DNA from: an uncultured Gemmatimonadaceae bacterium
GTDB lineage: Bacteria; Gemmatimonadota; Gemmatimonadetes; Gemmatimonadales; Gemmatimonadaceae
Assembly: GCA_963829055.1 (NCBI GenBank)
Contig: CAWHHI010000006.1
Span: forward strand, 96,001 to 160,000
DNA length: 64,000 bases
Direction of reading: 5' to 3'
Below the pieces are notes generated by a model, which made no database searches, was not told where the DNA came from, and was given only the letters and a program-made list of their open reading frames with translations. Shown here piece after piece: positions 20,355 to 31,160 of the stretch. Made by a program: the position numbers and the translations under genes. Positions within the stretch are counted from its first letter, which is position 1; every line of letters starts with the position of its first letter.

Positions 20355-20953
20355 TTCGCGTCGTCGTCGCCGAGGATCAGTCGATGGTGCTCGGCGCACT
20401 CGCCGCACTCCTCGAGATCGAGCCGGAGATCGAGGTCGTGGGGAAGGCGCGTGACGGCCGCGAGGCGCTCGAGCTCGTGGAGCAGGAAAGGCCGGACGTC
20501 CTCCTCACGGACATCGAGATGCCGCTGATGACCGGTCTCGAGCTGGCCGCGGAGATCGCGCGACGTCGGCTCACGACGCGCGTGATCATCCTGACGACGT
20601 TCGCGCGCGGCGGCTACCTGCGGCGCGCGCTGGACGCGGGCGCGAGCGGCTATCTCCTCAAGGACAGTCCGGCCGAGGAGTTGGCGAATGCCGTGCGGCG
20701 CGTGCATCAGGGAGGCCGCGCGATCGACTCCGAGCTCGCGCGCGAAGCGTGGACCGAGCGTGATCCGTTGAACGATCGCGAGCGGCAGGTGCTTCGATTG
20801 GCGGCCGAGGGAACGGCGACCGGCGCGATCGCCGCGTCGCTCGGCCTCTCGGAGGGAACGGTGAGAAACTATCTCTCCGACGCGATCTCCAAGCTCGGGG
20901 CGTCGAATCGCGTGGAGGCGGCGCGAACGGCGCGGACGAAGGGCTGGCTCTAG
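20351..20953 (+). CDS. NarL/DesR-family response regulator
   Basis: REC domain (DIEMP, LTTF, GYLLKD) plus LuxR HTH (LSEGTVRNY). Confidence 0.95.
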   Translation: MIRVVVAEDQSMVLGALAALLEIEPEIEVVGKARDGREALELVEQERPDVLLTDIEMPLMTGLELAAEIARRRLTTRVIILTTFARGGYLRRALDAGASGYLLKDSPAEELANAVRRVHQGGRAIDSELAREAWTERDPLNDRERQVLRLAAEGTATGAIAASLGLSEGTVRNYLSDAISKLGASNRVEAARTARTKGWL

Positions 20954-22386
20954 TCGATCCCCACTCGCCCTTTCACTGCCGCGATGAGCTTCGGCGAGTC
21001 GTAGCCGACGCCGTCCTTGAAGACGGTGGTGACTTTGCGAATCACGCTTGGATCCGCGGCGAGATCCCCTTGCAGCACGACGAGGTCAGCGAGCTTGCCG
21101 CGCTCCACCGACCCGAGCTTGTCGTAGACGCCAAGAATCTTCGCGCCGTTCGACGTCATGATCTGCACCACCTGCGCCGGCGTGAATCCCGCCTCCACAA
21201 GCAGCTCGTAGTTCCGCTGATCGCCGAATCCCGGTAGCGCACCGCCGAAGCCCGTTGGATCCACGCCGGCCGCAAGCCGCCCGCCGGCCTTCACGAAGTC
21301 GCGCTCGAACTGCATTGCGTTCTTGAGCATCGGCGGCGTGAACGTCCAGTCCTTCGACGTGTCGATCTGCGCGCGCATCTTCAGATAGGCCTCGCGCACC
21401 TCGGGACTCATCGCCTCGAGCGTGCGCTCATCCTTCGTCGGCCGGTTCGGGAAGAACGGCTCATACACGGCGAGCGTGGACGTCATCCCGACGTTCTTCG
21501 CGACCATCGCGCTGATGGCCGCGCGGGCGGTGTCGCTCGTCATGTTCGCGATGCCGACTCGCGCCACGCTGTTCGACGGACACGCGTCCGGCAGCTTCGT
21601 CGGGTCGAAGTCGGTCGCCGTCAGCAGGCCATGCTCGAGGTTGTCGATGCCTAACGCCACGGCCTCCTTGAAGCTCACCGAGCACAGATGCCCCGTGACC
21701 TTCATGCCGCGCTTGTGCGCTTCGTCGATCGCGGCCTTGAGCTCCGCCCGGTGAATGTCGGTGTACGCCTTGATCCACTCCGCGCCTTCCTGGGCCCAGT
21801 ACGCGACGAACCGCCGCGCCGCCTCCGGTGTCGTGATCGGCGCCATGCTTCCGGCCGAGCCTGCGACGCCACCGGTGATGTAGGGCGCCGTCAGGTGCAC
21901 CCGCGGTCCTGGTATGCGCCCCGAGTCGATCGCTTCCTTGGTGTTGATCTCCGCGTAAGGCGCTCTGCCGCCGGTCGTCCGAATCGTCGTGACGCCGCTG
22001 CCGAGATAGAGGCGCGGACCGGTGAAGGACATCTGCGCCGCGCGTCCGCCGGCCGCGGTGTAGAACAGGTGGTCGTGCATCCCGACGATGCCAGGGATCA
22101 CGGTGCTGCCCGCGAGGTTCATCGTCCGCGCGCCCGCCGGCACCTTCACGCTCGATGCCGCGCCCACCTCGGCGATCTTCCCATTCTGAATGACGACGGT
22201 CTGGTTAGGCTTGGGCGCGCTGCCGGTGCCGTCGATGACGGTCACGTTCGTGAGCGCGACGACAGGCTCGCTCACGGTCACAAACGTTCGCGTCTGCTGC
22301 GAGAGCGACGCCGCCGACTGGGCGGCGATGGCCGCGAACGGAGCGGAAAGCAGGGCAACGAGCGCCGACGAATTGAGTACTCGCAT
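20950..22386 (-). CDS. Secreted amidohydrolase family protein
   Basis: PGIVGMHDH, GSVERGKLADLVVL; signal peptide. Confidence 0.9.
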   Translation of the reverse strand: MRVLNSSALVALLSAPFAAIAAQSAASLSQQTRTFVTVSEPVVALTNVTVIDGTGSAPKPNQTVVIQNGKIAEVGAASSVKVPAGARTMNLAGSTVIPGIVGMHDHLFYTAAGGRAAQMSFTGPRLYLGSGVTTIRTTGGRAPYAEINTKEAIDSGRIPGPRVHLTAPYITGGVAGSAGSMAPITTPEAARRFVAYWAQEGAEWIKAYTDIHRAELKAAIDEAHKRGMKVTGHLCSVSFKEAVALGIDNLEHGLLTATDFDPTKLPDACPSNSVARVGIANMTSDTARAAISAMVAKNVGMTSTLAVYEPFFPNRPTKDERTLEAMSPEVREAYLKMRAQIDTSKDWTFTPPMLKNAMQFERDFVKAGGRLAAGVDPTGFGGALPGFGDQRNYELLVEAGFTPAQVVQIMTSNGAKILGVYDKLGSVERGKLADLVVLQGDLAADPSVIRKVTTVFKDGVGYDSPKLIAAVKGRVGID

Positions 22387-22404
22387 CCGTGTCTCCGGGA
22401 TCTA

Positions 22405-22514
22405 TGTCATTCCGAGCGAGCGACAGCGAGTCGAGGAATCGTTGGCGTCAGGAGCGGCCTCTACCTCGAAAGCATGGATTCCTCGACTCGGCCTCGGCCT
22501 CCGCTCGGAATGAC
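22405..22514. repeat. REP-like element
   Basis: TGTCATTCCGAGCG...CGCTCGGAATGAC. Confidence 0.85.
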
Positions 22515-24722
22515 TACCGCACGGTGAACGCCATCATCATCTGGGCCGACAAGTGCTCCGCAATGTGACAGTGTACCATCCACCGTCCGGGGTTCGATAG
22601 ATCGAGCAGGATGTCTGCCGTCGCGCCGGCCGGCAGCAGTACCGTGTCCTTCCAGACCAGATTCGTGTTCGGAACACCGTTCACCGCGAGCACGAGAAAC
22701 CGCTGACCGTGAATGTGAATCGGGTGCTGCATTCCGTGGAACGATTGCCGCTCGTTCACCAGCCGCACCTTCACCACGTCGCCGCGCCGGAAGGTCCAGT
22801 CGATGTCCATGTTCTCCTTGCCCGTCGCCGCGTCGCGGAGAATCCAGCGGACCTGATCGCCCGTCGCGGCCCAGTTCATCCCGGGCATCGTCCCGCTCCA
22901 CTCGACAGGCGTGAAGAAGACCGAGTCGAGCTGCATGATCTGGCGGGTGAAGAACGGAAGCCCCTGCGTCTCCATCGTGAGCACGAGGGTCTTGTCGACT
23001 GGACGCGCCATTCTGTCCCGATAGCGAGCGACGTCGGCGCGCGTCGCCGTGTCTACCCGGAGCGTGCCGAACGACGAAGCCAGGCTCGGGCTGGCTGCAC
23101 GGGTGCCGACGCGCACGACGCCTAACGTATCCGTCTCCGTGAAGAAACGGCCGTAGAGGTGATCGAGCCCGCGCACGCGGTTCACCAGCGCCACCTCTCC
23201 CGGCCGGTCGAACCGCACGTGCACCACATAGCGCTCAGCTGGCGCGATCACGATGCTCTCGACCCATTGCTCCCGCTCGTAATTCCCGACGTCGCTTGCG
23301 ACGACCTTCATCCGCGCGCCGGGAAACGAGACGTTGAACGTGCGTGTGTTCGCGACATTGGTGAGATAGAAGCGCACGACCTCGCCGCGGTCGACCGAGA
23401 GCGCATAACGCGGCTCACCGTTCACGAGCATCACGTTGCCGAACCGGCCCATCAGCGCGTGGGTCGTCGTCGAGGCGCCGAACGGCACCATGCCATCCTC
23501 CCCGAGGAGGAGGTCATCCAGCATGAGTACCTCGTCGCGGCTCGCGGGCGAGAAGTAGTCGGGCCGAGGTGAACGGACCATGAGGTTACCGTAGAGCCCC
23601 AGATCCTGCTGGACGTCCTCGCGCACGTGCGGGTGGTACCAGTAGATGCCGGCGTCCGGGAACCGAAGGTGATAGGTGAATCGTCCGCCGGGCGCGACTG
23701 CTTGCTGCGTGAGATCGGGGACGCCGTCGAACGCGTTGTCCAGCCGAATGCCGTGCCAGTGGACCGTCGTCGGCTGGTCCAGCGCGTTCGTGAGCTCGAC
23801 GGTGATCTCGGCACCCTGCGCTACCTGAAGAAGCGGGCCGGGATACTGGTCGTTGAACGCGAACATCGTGAGCGTGCGCCCCTTGAAGGGCCGGCGGACG
23901 ATGCCGGCGGTGAGGCGCAGCGTATCGCCACTCGTGAGTCGAACCAGCGCGTCGCGGCTGCGCCAGCGGAAGGCTGTCGATGTTCGCCACTCGTGGCAGA
24001 TACGCTGCCGCGTTAGGCCGCAGCGTCATCTCGGCCGGAAGCATCGAGATGCCTGGGGGCATCGGCACCATCGTCCAGCCCAGCGAATCCTTCCCGGCCT
24101 GGCCGTGGTGCTCGTGACCTTCGGGACTCGAGTCCGTGCGCGTGGCGCCGAGGACGAACTGCATGAAGTCGGGTGGCTGCAGTCGCGTGCTCGGGGACAT
24201 CCCCCGAAGGACGAGACGCCCGGTCATCTCCTTCGTCGCGGCCGCTGCTTCAGCCGTGATGAGGATGGAGAACTTGTCGAGCGCGATTGCTGGGAGCACG
24301 TTGCGGCCGTTGCCCACGACGCCGAGCCGCTGCACGAAATCCATCGTTGGCGATGTGGCCCACGCGACGTACGCAACGTAGGCGCCGAGCGACGCCGGGC
24401 TCGCGAGGCCGGTGAGGGTGATCGCAGGCGTGTAGCGCAGGTGCCCATCCGCCGTGACGTCGACCGTGAACGGTCCGGGCGTTCGGCCGAGCTCGACGCG
24501 TCCCGCGCCAGATCGGATACCCACCGCCGGGACCAGCTCTATGCAATAGAGATCGCGACTCGGCGACAGCCGAGCCTCGGCGCCGTCGCAGAGTGATGCG
24601 TGCGCCTGGGGCTGCGCTTCGAGCGCGGGTGTGACCGAAGCGGTGAGGCAGACGCCGAGACACAGGGCGCGCCTCGAAAACGAATGCATGCGTGTTCCGG
24701 GTATCGGCACAGGCGTCATCAT
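22514..24722 (-). CDS. Multicopper oxidase with N-terminal extension (frameshift near 23950)
   Basis: HWHG, WYHPH, HPIHIHG and HCHIAEH..M copper motifs. Confidence 0.9.
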
Positions 24723-24865
24723 CGCCGCGCTCTGGCGCCGCAGTGGTTCGGGGTGGTTTGGTTGCCGGGCGGAGACCGGTCCGTGCGAACCATGTGCGTC
24801 TCGCGCTTCATGATAGTTCGACTGCTGCTTCTCCTGCGTCAACCGTACGCTTCACCGAGGCTCAC

Positions 24866-25879
24866 ATGTCTTTTGTTCATCTGCCGGTACCGTCGGTGGT
24901 TGCGTTCGTCGCGCTGCTCGCCGGGCTCGAGACGAATAGTCTCACGCGCGAAGCACAACAGGCGAGCGCCGCGGCTCCCGCCATCGTCGAGTACCAGATT
25001 CCGCGCGCGGGCAACTTCCCCCACGACCCGGCGGTCGGACCGGATGGGATCGTGTGGTACACGGACCAGACGAACAGCTTCATCGGGCGACTCGATCCCG
25101 CCACCGGCGAGATCACCGACTATCCCACGCCGACGCCGGGCTCAGGGCCGCACGGCATCGAAGCGGGGCCGGACGGGATGGTGTGGTATACGGCGCAGCT
25201 GACCGCTCGTATCGGGCGTCTGGATCCGAAGACGCGCATGATCAAGGAGTTCCCGCTGCCGCCTAACGCGCGAAACCCGCATACCCCGATCGTGCACGGC
25301 GGCAAGATCTGGTTCACCGACGCGAACAACAACACGTACGGCGTCCTGGATCCGAGCACCGGCAACGTGAAGGTGTTCGAGTCGCAGACGCGCGGATCCA
25401 TCCCCTACGGCATGCGCGCCGCGCCGGACGGCTCGGTGTGGATCGCGTTCCTCGGCACCAACAAGCTGGGGCGCGTCGACACGACGACCGGCGCAGTGCG
25501 CGAGTACCCGCTGCCTGACGCGGCTGCGCGACCGCGTCGCCTGCAGGTCACACCTGACGGCATGGTCTGGTACACCGACCACGCTCGCGGCTACCTCGGC
25601 CGCCTCGATCCGGCGACGGGGAAGATCAAGGAGTGGGCGGCGCCGGGCGGCGCACCGGGCCCGTACGGGATCGCCATCGGGACGGATGGCCGCCTCTGGT
25701 TCGATGAGGAGTTCGCGGGAGACATCGTGGCGTTCGACCCACGAACCGAGAAAATGGAAGTCGTGAAGATTCCGACGTCGGGTGCGGTCGTGCGACACAT
25801 GGTCACCGACGCTCCGCGTAAGCGCATCTGGCTCGCGTTGAGCGGCACGGGGCGCATCGGGAAGATCGAGCTGAAGTAG
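24866..25879 (+). CDS. Vgb (virginiamycin B lyase)-like beta-propeller, secreted
   Basis: Repeated P.GI..GPDG.VWYT / IGRLDP.TG motifs. Confidence 0.85.
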   Translation: MSFVHLPVPSVVAFVALLAGLETNSLTREAQQASAAAPAIVEYQIPRAGNFPHDPAVGPDGIVWYTDQTNSFIGRLDPATGEITDYPTPTPGSGPHGIEAGPDGMVWYTAQLTARIGRLDPKTRMIKEFPLPPNARNPHTPIVHGGKIWFTDANNNTYGVLDPSTGNVKVFESQTRGSIPYGMRAAPDGSVWIAFLGTNKLGRVDTTTGAVREYPLPDAAARPRRLQVTPDGMVWYTDHARGYLGRLDPATGKIKEWAAPGGAPGPYGIAIGTDGRLWFDEEFAGDIVAFDPRTEKMEVVKIPTSGAVVRHMVTDAPRKRIWLALSGTGRIGKIELK

Positions 25880-25888
25880 TTCTGGCTC

Positions 25889-26046
25889 GTCATTCCGAGC
25901 GGTGTCATTCCGAGCGGAGCCGCGAAGCGGCGGAGTCGAGGAATCGCGATCATACGGGTAGAGAGGCCCTCTCTACCGGGACGATCAGCGATTCCTCGAC
26001 TCGCCTGCGGCGCTCGCTCGGAATGACGCCTCCGCTCGGAATGACA
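25889..26046. repeat. REP-like element with duplicated ends
   Basis: Two GTCATTCCGAGCGG starts and two CGCTCGGAATGAC ends. Confidence 0.85.
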
Positions 26047-26056
26047 CCTACGTCGA

Positions 26057-26222
26057 TTGACAAGATGGGCGCCCCAGCGCAGCATTCCGCTCAGTGCGCG
26101 CTGGGGCGCCTCCTGTCCGCGGCAAGGGAGATTACTCCCACCCATTCGGTTCGCTGCAGCATGTCGAACCTTCTTCCAGCCCGTCACTCAGCGGACGCCG
26201 GGCAGCTACCGGAGGAAGGTCC
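26057..26222 (+). promoter_or_regulatory. Promoter plus structured leader of the ankyrin gene
   Basis: TTGACA-N17-CAGCAT; 13-bp inverted repeat 26068-26110; ACCTTCTTCC can pair with GGAGGAAGGT over the RBS. Confidence 0.45.
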
Positions 26223-27962
26223 ATGGTCAGACAGCTCACGCCCCAGAGCACCCTCGAGAACCTCAAGAGGGAAGCGAAGCGCTGGCTCCACGCGCTTCGC
26301 GACACCGATCCCGGCGTGCAGCGCGACGCCCGCGCCCGTCTCGATCGCGCGGTGCCTAACGCGCCAGCCCAGCCGTCGCTTGCGCGACGTCCAGCACGCG
26401 CTCGCGCGCGAGCACGGGCTCCCTGGGTGGGCGGCACTCAAGAACGAGCTCGCGGCACGCGCACCAGCCGAGGCGGAGCACGCCAGCCGCATCGCCTGGT
26501 TCATCGAGAACGCGTGCCCCGATCACCACATTCGCAGCGCATCCGCGCACGTGCGATCGTGGCACATCACGCGGCGTCTCCTCGAGCGCTACCCCGACAT
26601 CCCGGGCGACAGCTTCTACACCGCGATCGTCTGCGGCGACATCGACCGTGTGATGAAGACGCTCGCCGACCGGCCCGAGGCCGCAACCGAGAAAGGCGGC
26701 CCCAAAGGGTGGGACCCGCTGCTCTATCTCTGCTTCACGCGCGTTCCGCTCGCCGCGGCCAGCGACAACGCGGTCGCCATCGCGCGGGCGCTGCTGGACA
26801 ACGGCGCCGATCCTAACGCGCACTTCATGGCCGGCGGCAGCGTCTACACGCCGCTCGTCGGCGTCGTCGGCGAAGGCGAAGAGAACCGGCCTCCGCATCC
26901 GCAGCGCGACGCACTCGTGAGACTCCTGCTCGAGCGCGGCGCGCAGCCGTACGACATCCAGGTCATCTACAACACGGGATTCCACGGCCGCATGCTGTGG
27001 TTCCTGGAGATGATCTACGAGCACACTGTGAAGCTCGGCCGCAAGGCCGACTGGGACGATCCCGACTGGTCGATGCTCGGCATGGGTGGCTACGGTTCCG
27101 GCGCGCGATGGATGCTCAACATCGCCGTGCGCAACAATGACCTGACGCTCGCCCGGTGGGTGCTCGAGCACGGCGCGAATCCTAACGCGGCGCCGCCGCG
27201 TCGATCCGCGGATGTCGCAACGTTCGCTGTACGAAGACGCCGTCCTGAATGGGCTTCACCGAGATGGCCGATCTACTCGTCCAGTTCGGCGCAACGCCGA
27301 GCGGAAGACGCTCGAGGGAGTGGACGCGTTCACCGCGGCGTGTCTCCGGCTCGATGCGGCCGCCGCTCGCGGACATTCTCGCACGACACCCGGAATACCT
27401 GCGGGCCCCCGAGCCAATGCTCGCCGCGGCGCACCAGGACCGCGCCGACGTCGTGGCGTTCCTGCTCGATCTCGGCATGTCACCGGACGTCGAGACGCCG
27501 CAGGGGCAACGCGGGCTGCACGTCGCGGCGTACGAGAACAGGATGCGCGTGGCGCAGTTGCTCGTGGAGCGTGGTGCGGCGATCGATCCCTTCGAGAAGA
27601 ACTGGGGCAGCACGCCACTCGGCGCCGCCATCTACGCCCAGAACCGCGCGATGATCGAGTTTCTCGGACGCGTGAGCCGCGACATCTGGGAGCTCACGAA
27701 CTCGGGGAACATCGAGCGTCTCCGCGAGCTGCTGCGCGACGACCCGGATCGGGCGAAGGTGGTGAGCGATGGGCACACGCCGCTCATGTGGCTTCCGCAA
27801 GACGACGAGGCGCGAGCAATGGAGGTGGCGAAGCTGCTGCTCGCGCACGGCGCGGATCCAACGCTCAGGAATAACGATGGAGAAACGGCGGCGGACCGAG
27901 CGGCCAAAGCTGGTCTCCTGGAAGTCGCGGACTTGCTGAATCACAGCTCGAATTCACGATGA
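26223..27962 (+). CDS. Ankyrin repeat protein (frameshifted)
   Basis: N-terminal STLENLKREAKRWL..QHALAREHG..W motif; multiple LLDNGADPN / TPL ankyrin repeats. Confidence 0.85.
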
Positions 27963-27989
27963 ACATGCGCCGATTGGCGCCAAGGCAGC

Positions 27990-30728
27990 TCACTCGCTCC
28001 GCAACGATCGCAGCGGATCGATCCCGACCGCTCTCCTCGCCGGAATCACCGCTGCGACGCCGGACGCGAGCAGCATCAGCGCCGCCGACGTCCCGAAGCT
28101 CACGACATCCACCGGGGGAAGTCCGTACAACAACGCCTGCATGGCGCGCGCGACGCCTATCGCACCCACGCTACCGACGACCACGCCTAACAACACCGAT
28201 CGCAGTCCATCCCGCAGCACCAGCCAGAGCACATTCGCCGGACGTGCGCCCAGCGCCATCCGTATGCCGATCTCCTGTGTGCGCCCGGTCACGAGAAAGG
28301 CGACGATCCCGAACACGCCGACGCCGGCGATGACGAGCGCGAGCATCGCGAAGCCGCCGGCGAGCAGCATCGTGAAACGCGGACGCGAGAGGGCGCCGCC
28401 GACCACGGCGTCCAGCGGCTGCACGCTCGCCACGCTGATGGCCGAGTCGAACGCGCGCAGTCGACTCGTCACCGCACCCACGAGTTGCTCCGGCGGAACG
28501 TCGGCGCGCAGCACCAGCGACAGTCCTCGGCCGGGATTCTGCGCGAACGGCAGGAACACGGCCGGAGCCGCAGCCGACTCCACCGACTCCACGCGGACAT
28601 CGCGAACCACGCCTACGATCGTCCGGTACGCGGCGAACGTCCGATCGTCGAACAACACGATCGTCGCGCCGATCGGATCGCCACTCGGCCAGAAACGCTT
28701 CGCCATCGCTTCGTTGATGACGGCGACGCCCGCGGGGCGCGGCGCATCGAGGTCCGTGAGGTCACGCTCGCTGAATCGATCGGCCGAGCTGAAGTCACGA
28801 CCTCGCACGACGGGGATTCCCATCGCCGAGAAATACGTCGGCGTCACGATCTGAATTCCCGCCTTCCACTGGTCAGCGGCGGACGTCGGCGGGCTATGAC
28901 CGTGAGCGCCCGGCGCGTCCGTGCGCCACATGCTCCCCGACCCGACCTCTCCCGTGAGCGGAATGTTCGTCGTCCCCGCAACAGCGCGTACACCCGGGAT
29001 ATGGCTCAGCTCCGCCATGAGCTGATCGTAGTACTGAACGCGCTCGAACCACACACGCGGTTTCGCGAACCTGCCGGTTGCCAGGCGAATCTCGGCGGAA
29101 AGGACATCATGTCGCCGAAAGCCGAGATCCGTCGCTTGCAGCCGTTCGAAGCTCCGAAGCAGCAGCGCGGCGGCGACGGTGAGCACGAACGTGAGCGCGA
29201 CCTGACTACCGACGAGCCACTCGCGAGTTCGCGCGCCCGTCGAGCCGGCGCCCCCAGTTCGGGTCCGCATGGCATCGGTCAGTCGGGTGTCGCGCGAACG
29301 AAGTGCCGGCGCGAGGCCGACGAGTACGGCGGTCACACACGTCACCACGAGCGCGAAGAGAACGACAGGTCGATTGAATGCGACCTCGCCGATCCGCGGA
29401 ATCTCCGTCGGCGCAAGAGCGAGCAGCACGCGACTGCTCCCGTAGGCGACGAGCACTCCGCCCATACCGCCGAGTACCGCGAGCAGGAGTCCTTCGGCCA
29501 TCCACTGCCGCAGCAGTCGCCGCACGCCGGCACCTAACGCGAGACGCACCGCGGTCTCGTGTCGTCGCGCCGTCGCACGCGCCACGGCGAGGGTCGCGAC
29601 GTTGCCGCACGCAACGAGCAGCACACACCCGGCGAGCCCGAACAGCACCAGCAGTATCGCCCGCGTGTTCCCGACGATCGTCTCGCGAAGCGGCGCCATC
29701 TCGAGCGTCCAGCCAGCGTTCGACGCCGGGTACTCGGACGCGAGCTGAGCCGCAATCGCCGAGGCCTCGGTTGTCGCCCGTTCGATCGTTAGGCCCGGCC
29801 GGAGCTTCGCGATCGCACCGTAGTAGCGGAACTGCCGTTCCTCCGCCGCGAGCGTGGGTGAGTACGAGAGTGGCGTCCAGATCTCGGTGCCCACGGGAAA
29901 CGAGAAGCCGCGCGGCGCGACGCCGGCAATCGTGTACGACCAGCGGCCGTCAACGCGGACGGTGCGGCCGACGACATCGCTGGCGCCGCCGAACCGGCGC
30001 TGCCAGAGCTCGTAGCCGATCACTACCTCGTCGAACGATCCAGCGAAGCGAGTGGTGCCATCGTCCGGCGGAAACGTCCGACCGAGGACGGGCCGGGCGC
30101 CGAGCATCTCGAAGAGCGCAGGCGAGACCGCGGCGGCCCGCGATTGCCACGTATCCTGTCCGTCGGAGACGAGAAAATCGCGCTCGCCGAACAACGCGAT
30201 GCGTTCGAGCGTGCGACTCCGCGCACGCAGGTCCACGAACGTCCCGGGCGAGACGGCTCCGCGCTCCACGCGCTGCGTCTGACTGCTTTCCCAGAGGCGG
30301 ACGAGGCGATCCGGGTTGGCGTAGGGAAGCGGGGCGATGACCACGGCATGCAGAACCGAGAACACCGCGGTGTTTGCGCCGATGCCGAGGCTCAGTGCGG
30401 CAACGGCGGCCAGCGTGAAGCCGGGTGCACGCCGGAAGGCACGGATCGCGTGGCGGAGATCCTGCGCCAGATCCTCGAGCCACGAGATGTTTCGTACGTC
30501 CCGCACGTCCTCGGCCGCTCGATCGACGCCGCCGAACGCGAGCCGGGCCGCGCGGCGCGCGGCGTTAGGCTCCATGCCGTTCCGGATGTTCTGCGCCGTT
30601 TCCATGTCGATGTGGAAGGCGAGCTCCGCCGCCATCTCGCGTTCCGTGGCGCGTCGCCGAACGAGTGCGCGCAGGCGTCGGCGCCAGCCGGCCATGCGGT
30701 CCCTGATGTCGGGTACGCGGCGTCGCAT
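27990..30728 (-). CDS. ADOP/MacB-like ABC transporter permease
   Basis: ELAFHI permease prefix, [11 protein letters not shown], duplicated FtsX domains, EIGIRMALGA. Confidence 0.9.
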   Translation of the reverse strand: MRRRVPDIRDRMAGWRRRLRALVRRRATEREMAAELAFHIDMETAQNIRNGMEPNAARRAARLAFGGVDRAAEDVRDVRNISWLEDLAQDLRHAIRAFRRAPGFTLAAVAALSLGIGANTAVFSVLHAVVIAPLPYANPDRLVRLWESSQTQRVERGAVSPGTFVDLRARSRTLERIALFGERDFLVSDGQDTWQSRAAAVSPALFEMLGARPVLGRTFPPDDGTTRFAGSFDEVVIGYELWQRRFGGASDVVGRTVRVDGRWSYTIAGVAPRGFSFPVGTEIWTPLSYSPTLAAEERQFRYYGAIAKLRPGLTIERATTEASAIAAQLASEYPASNAGWTLEMAPLRETIVGNTRAILLVLFGLAGCVLLVACGNVATLAVARATARRHETAVRLALGAGVRRLLRQWMAEGLLLAVLGGMGGVLVAYGSSRVLLALAPTEIPRIGEVAFNRPVVLFALVVTCVTAVLVGLAPALRSRDTRLTDAMRTRTGGAGSTGARTREWLVGSQVALTFVLTVAAALLLRSFERLQATDLGFRRHDVLSAEIRLATGRFAKPRVWFERVQYYDQLMAELSHIPGVRAVAGTTNIPLTGEVGSGSMWRTDAPGAHGHSPPTSAADQWKAGIQIVTPTYFSAMGIPVVRGRDFSSADRFSERDLTDLDAPRPAGVAVINEAMAKRFWPSGDPIGATIVLFDDRTFAAYRTIVGVVRDVRVESVESAAAPAVFLPFAQNPGRGLSLVLRADVPPEQLVGAVTSRLRAFDSAISVASVQPLDAVVGGALSRPRFTMLLAGGFAMLALVIAGVGVFGIVAFLVTGRTQEIGIRMALGARPANVLWLVLRDGLRSVLLGVVVGSVGAIGVARAMQALLYGLPPVDVVSFGTSAALMLLASGVAAVIPARRAVGIDPLRSLRSE

Positions 30729-30729
30729 G

Positions 30730-31062
30730 TCAGGACCCGGCGAGTATGAGGTCGACTGCACGAACGTAGTCGCGCCACTCGCGAGTCTCGGCTGTGAGCG
30801 CGCGCTTGCCGGATGCGGTCAGCGTGTAAACCCGAGCCGGCCGATTCTGCTCGGTGCTCTGCCATTCGCTCTCGATCCAGCCCTGCTGCTCGAGGCGCTG
30901 GAGCGCGGGGTAGAGTGAGCCCTGGCCCACGCGCAGAAGGTTCTCGGACTGCTGCTGGATCCGCTGGCTGAGCGCCCAGCCGTGCATCGGTGCGCCGGCG
31001 AGGGTCCTGAGGATGAGCAGGTCGAGCGTGCCGCGCAGGAGGTCGGTCTGCGTCCTGGCCAT
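30730..31062 (-). CDS. PadR-family transcriptional regulator
   Basis: GTLDLLIL, MHGW, GSLYPALQRLE. Confidence 0.95.
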   Translation of the reverse strand: MARTQTDLLRGTLDLLILRTLAGAPMHGWALSQRIQQQSENLLRVGQGSLYPALQRLEQQGWIESEWQSTEQNRPARVYTLTASGKRALTAETREWRDYVRAVDLILAGS

Positions 31063-31082
31063 CGGGACTGTCGGAAGTCGGT

Positions 31083-31139
31083 GTATTGTCGGAACCCGAC
31101 AACACGATGCGGGGCGTATTGTCGAAAGTCAACAATACG
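31083..31139. promoter_or_regulatory. Tandem palindromic operators, probably PadR autoregulatory sites
   Basis: TTGTCG-N5-CGACAA and CGTATTGT-N9-ACAATACG just upstream of padR. Confidence 0.6.
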
Positions 31140-31160
31140 CTCGCTAGAGGCCGCCGGCCG

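Noticed and set aside
24866..25879. Antibiotic resistance genes (Vgb-like here; Ere-like at 57586-58933)
   Set aside because: Broad families, the Vgb-like protein appears secreted, and there is no mobile resistance context
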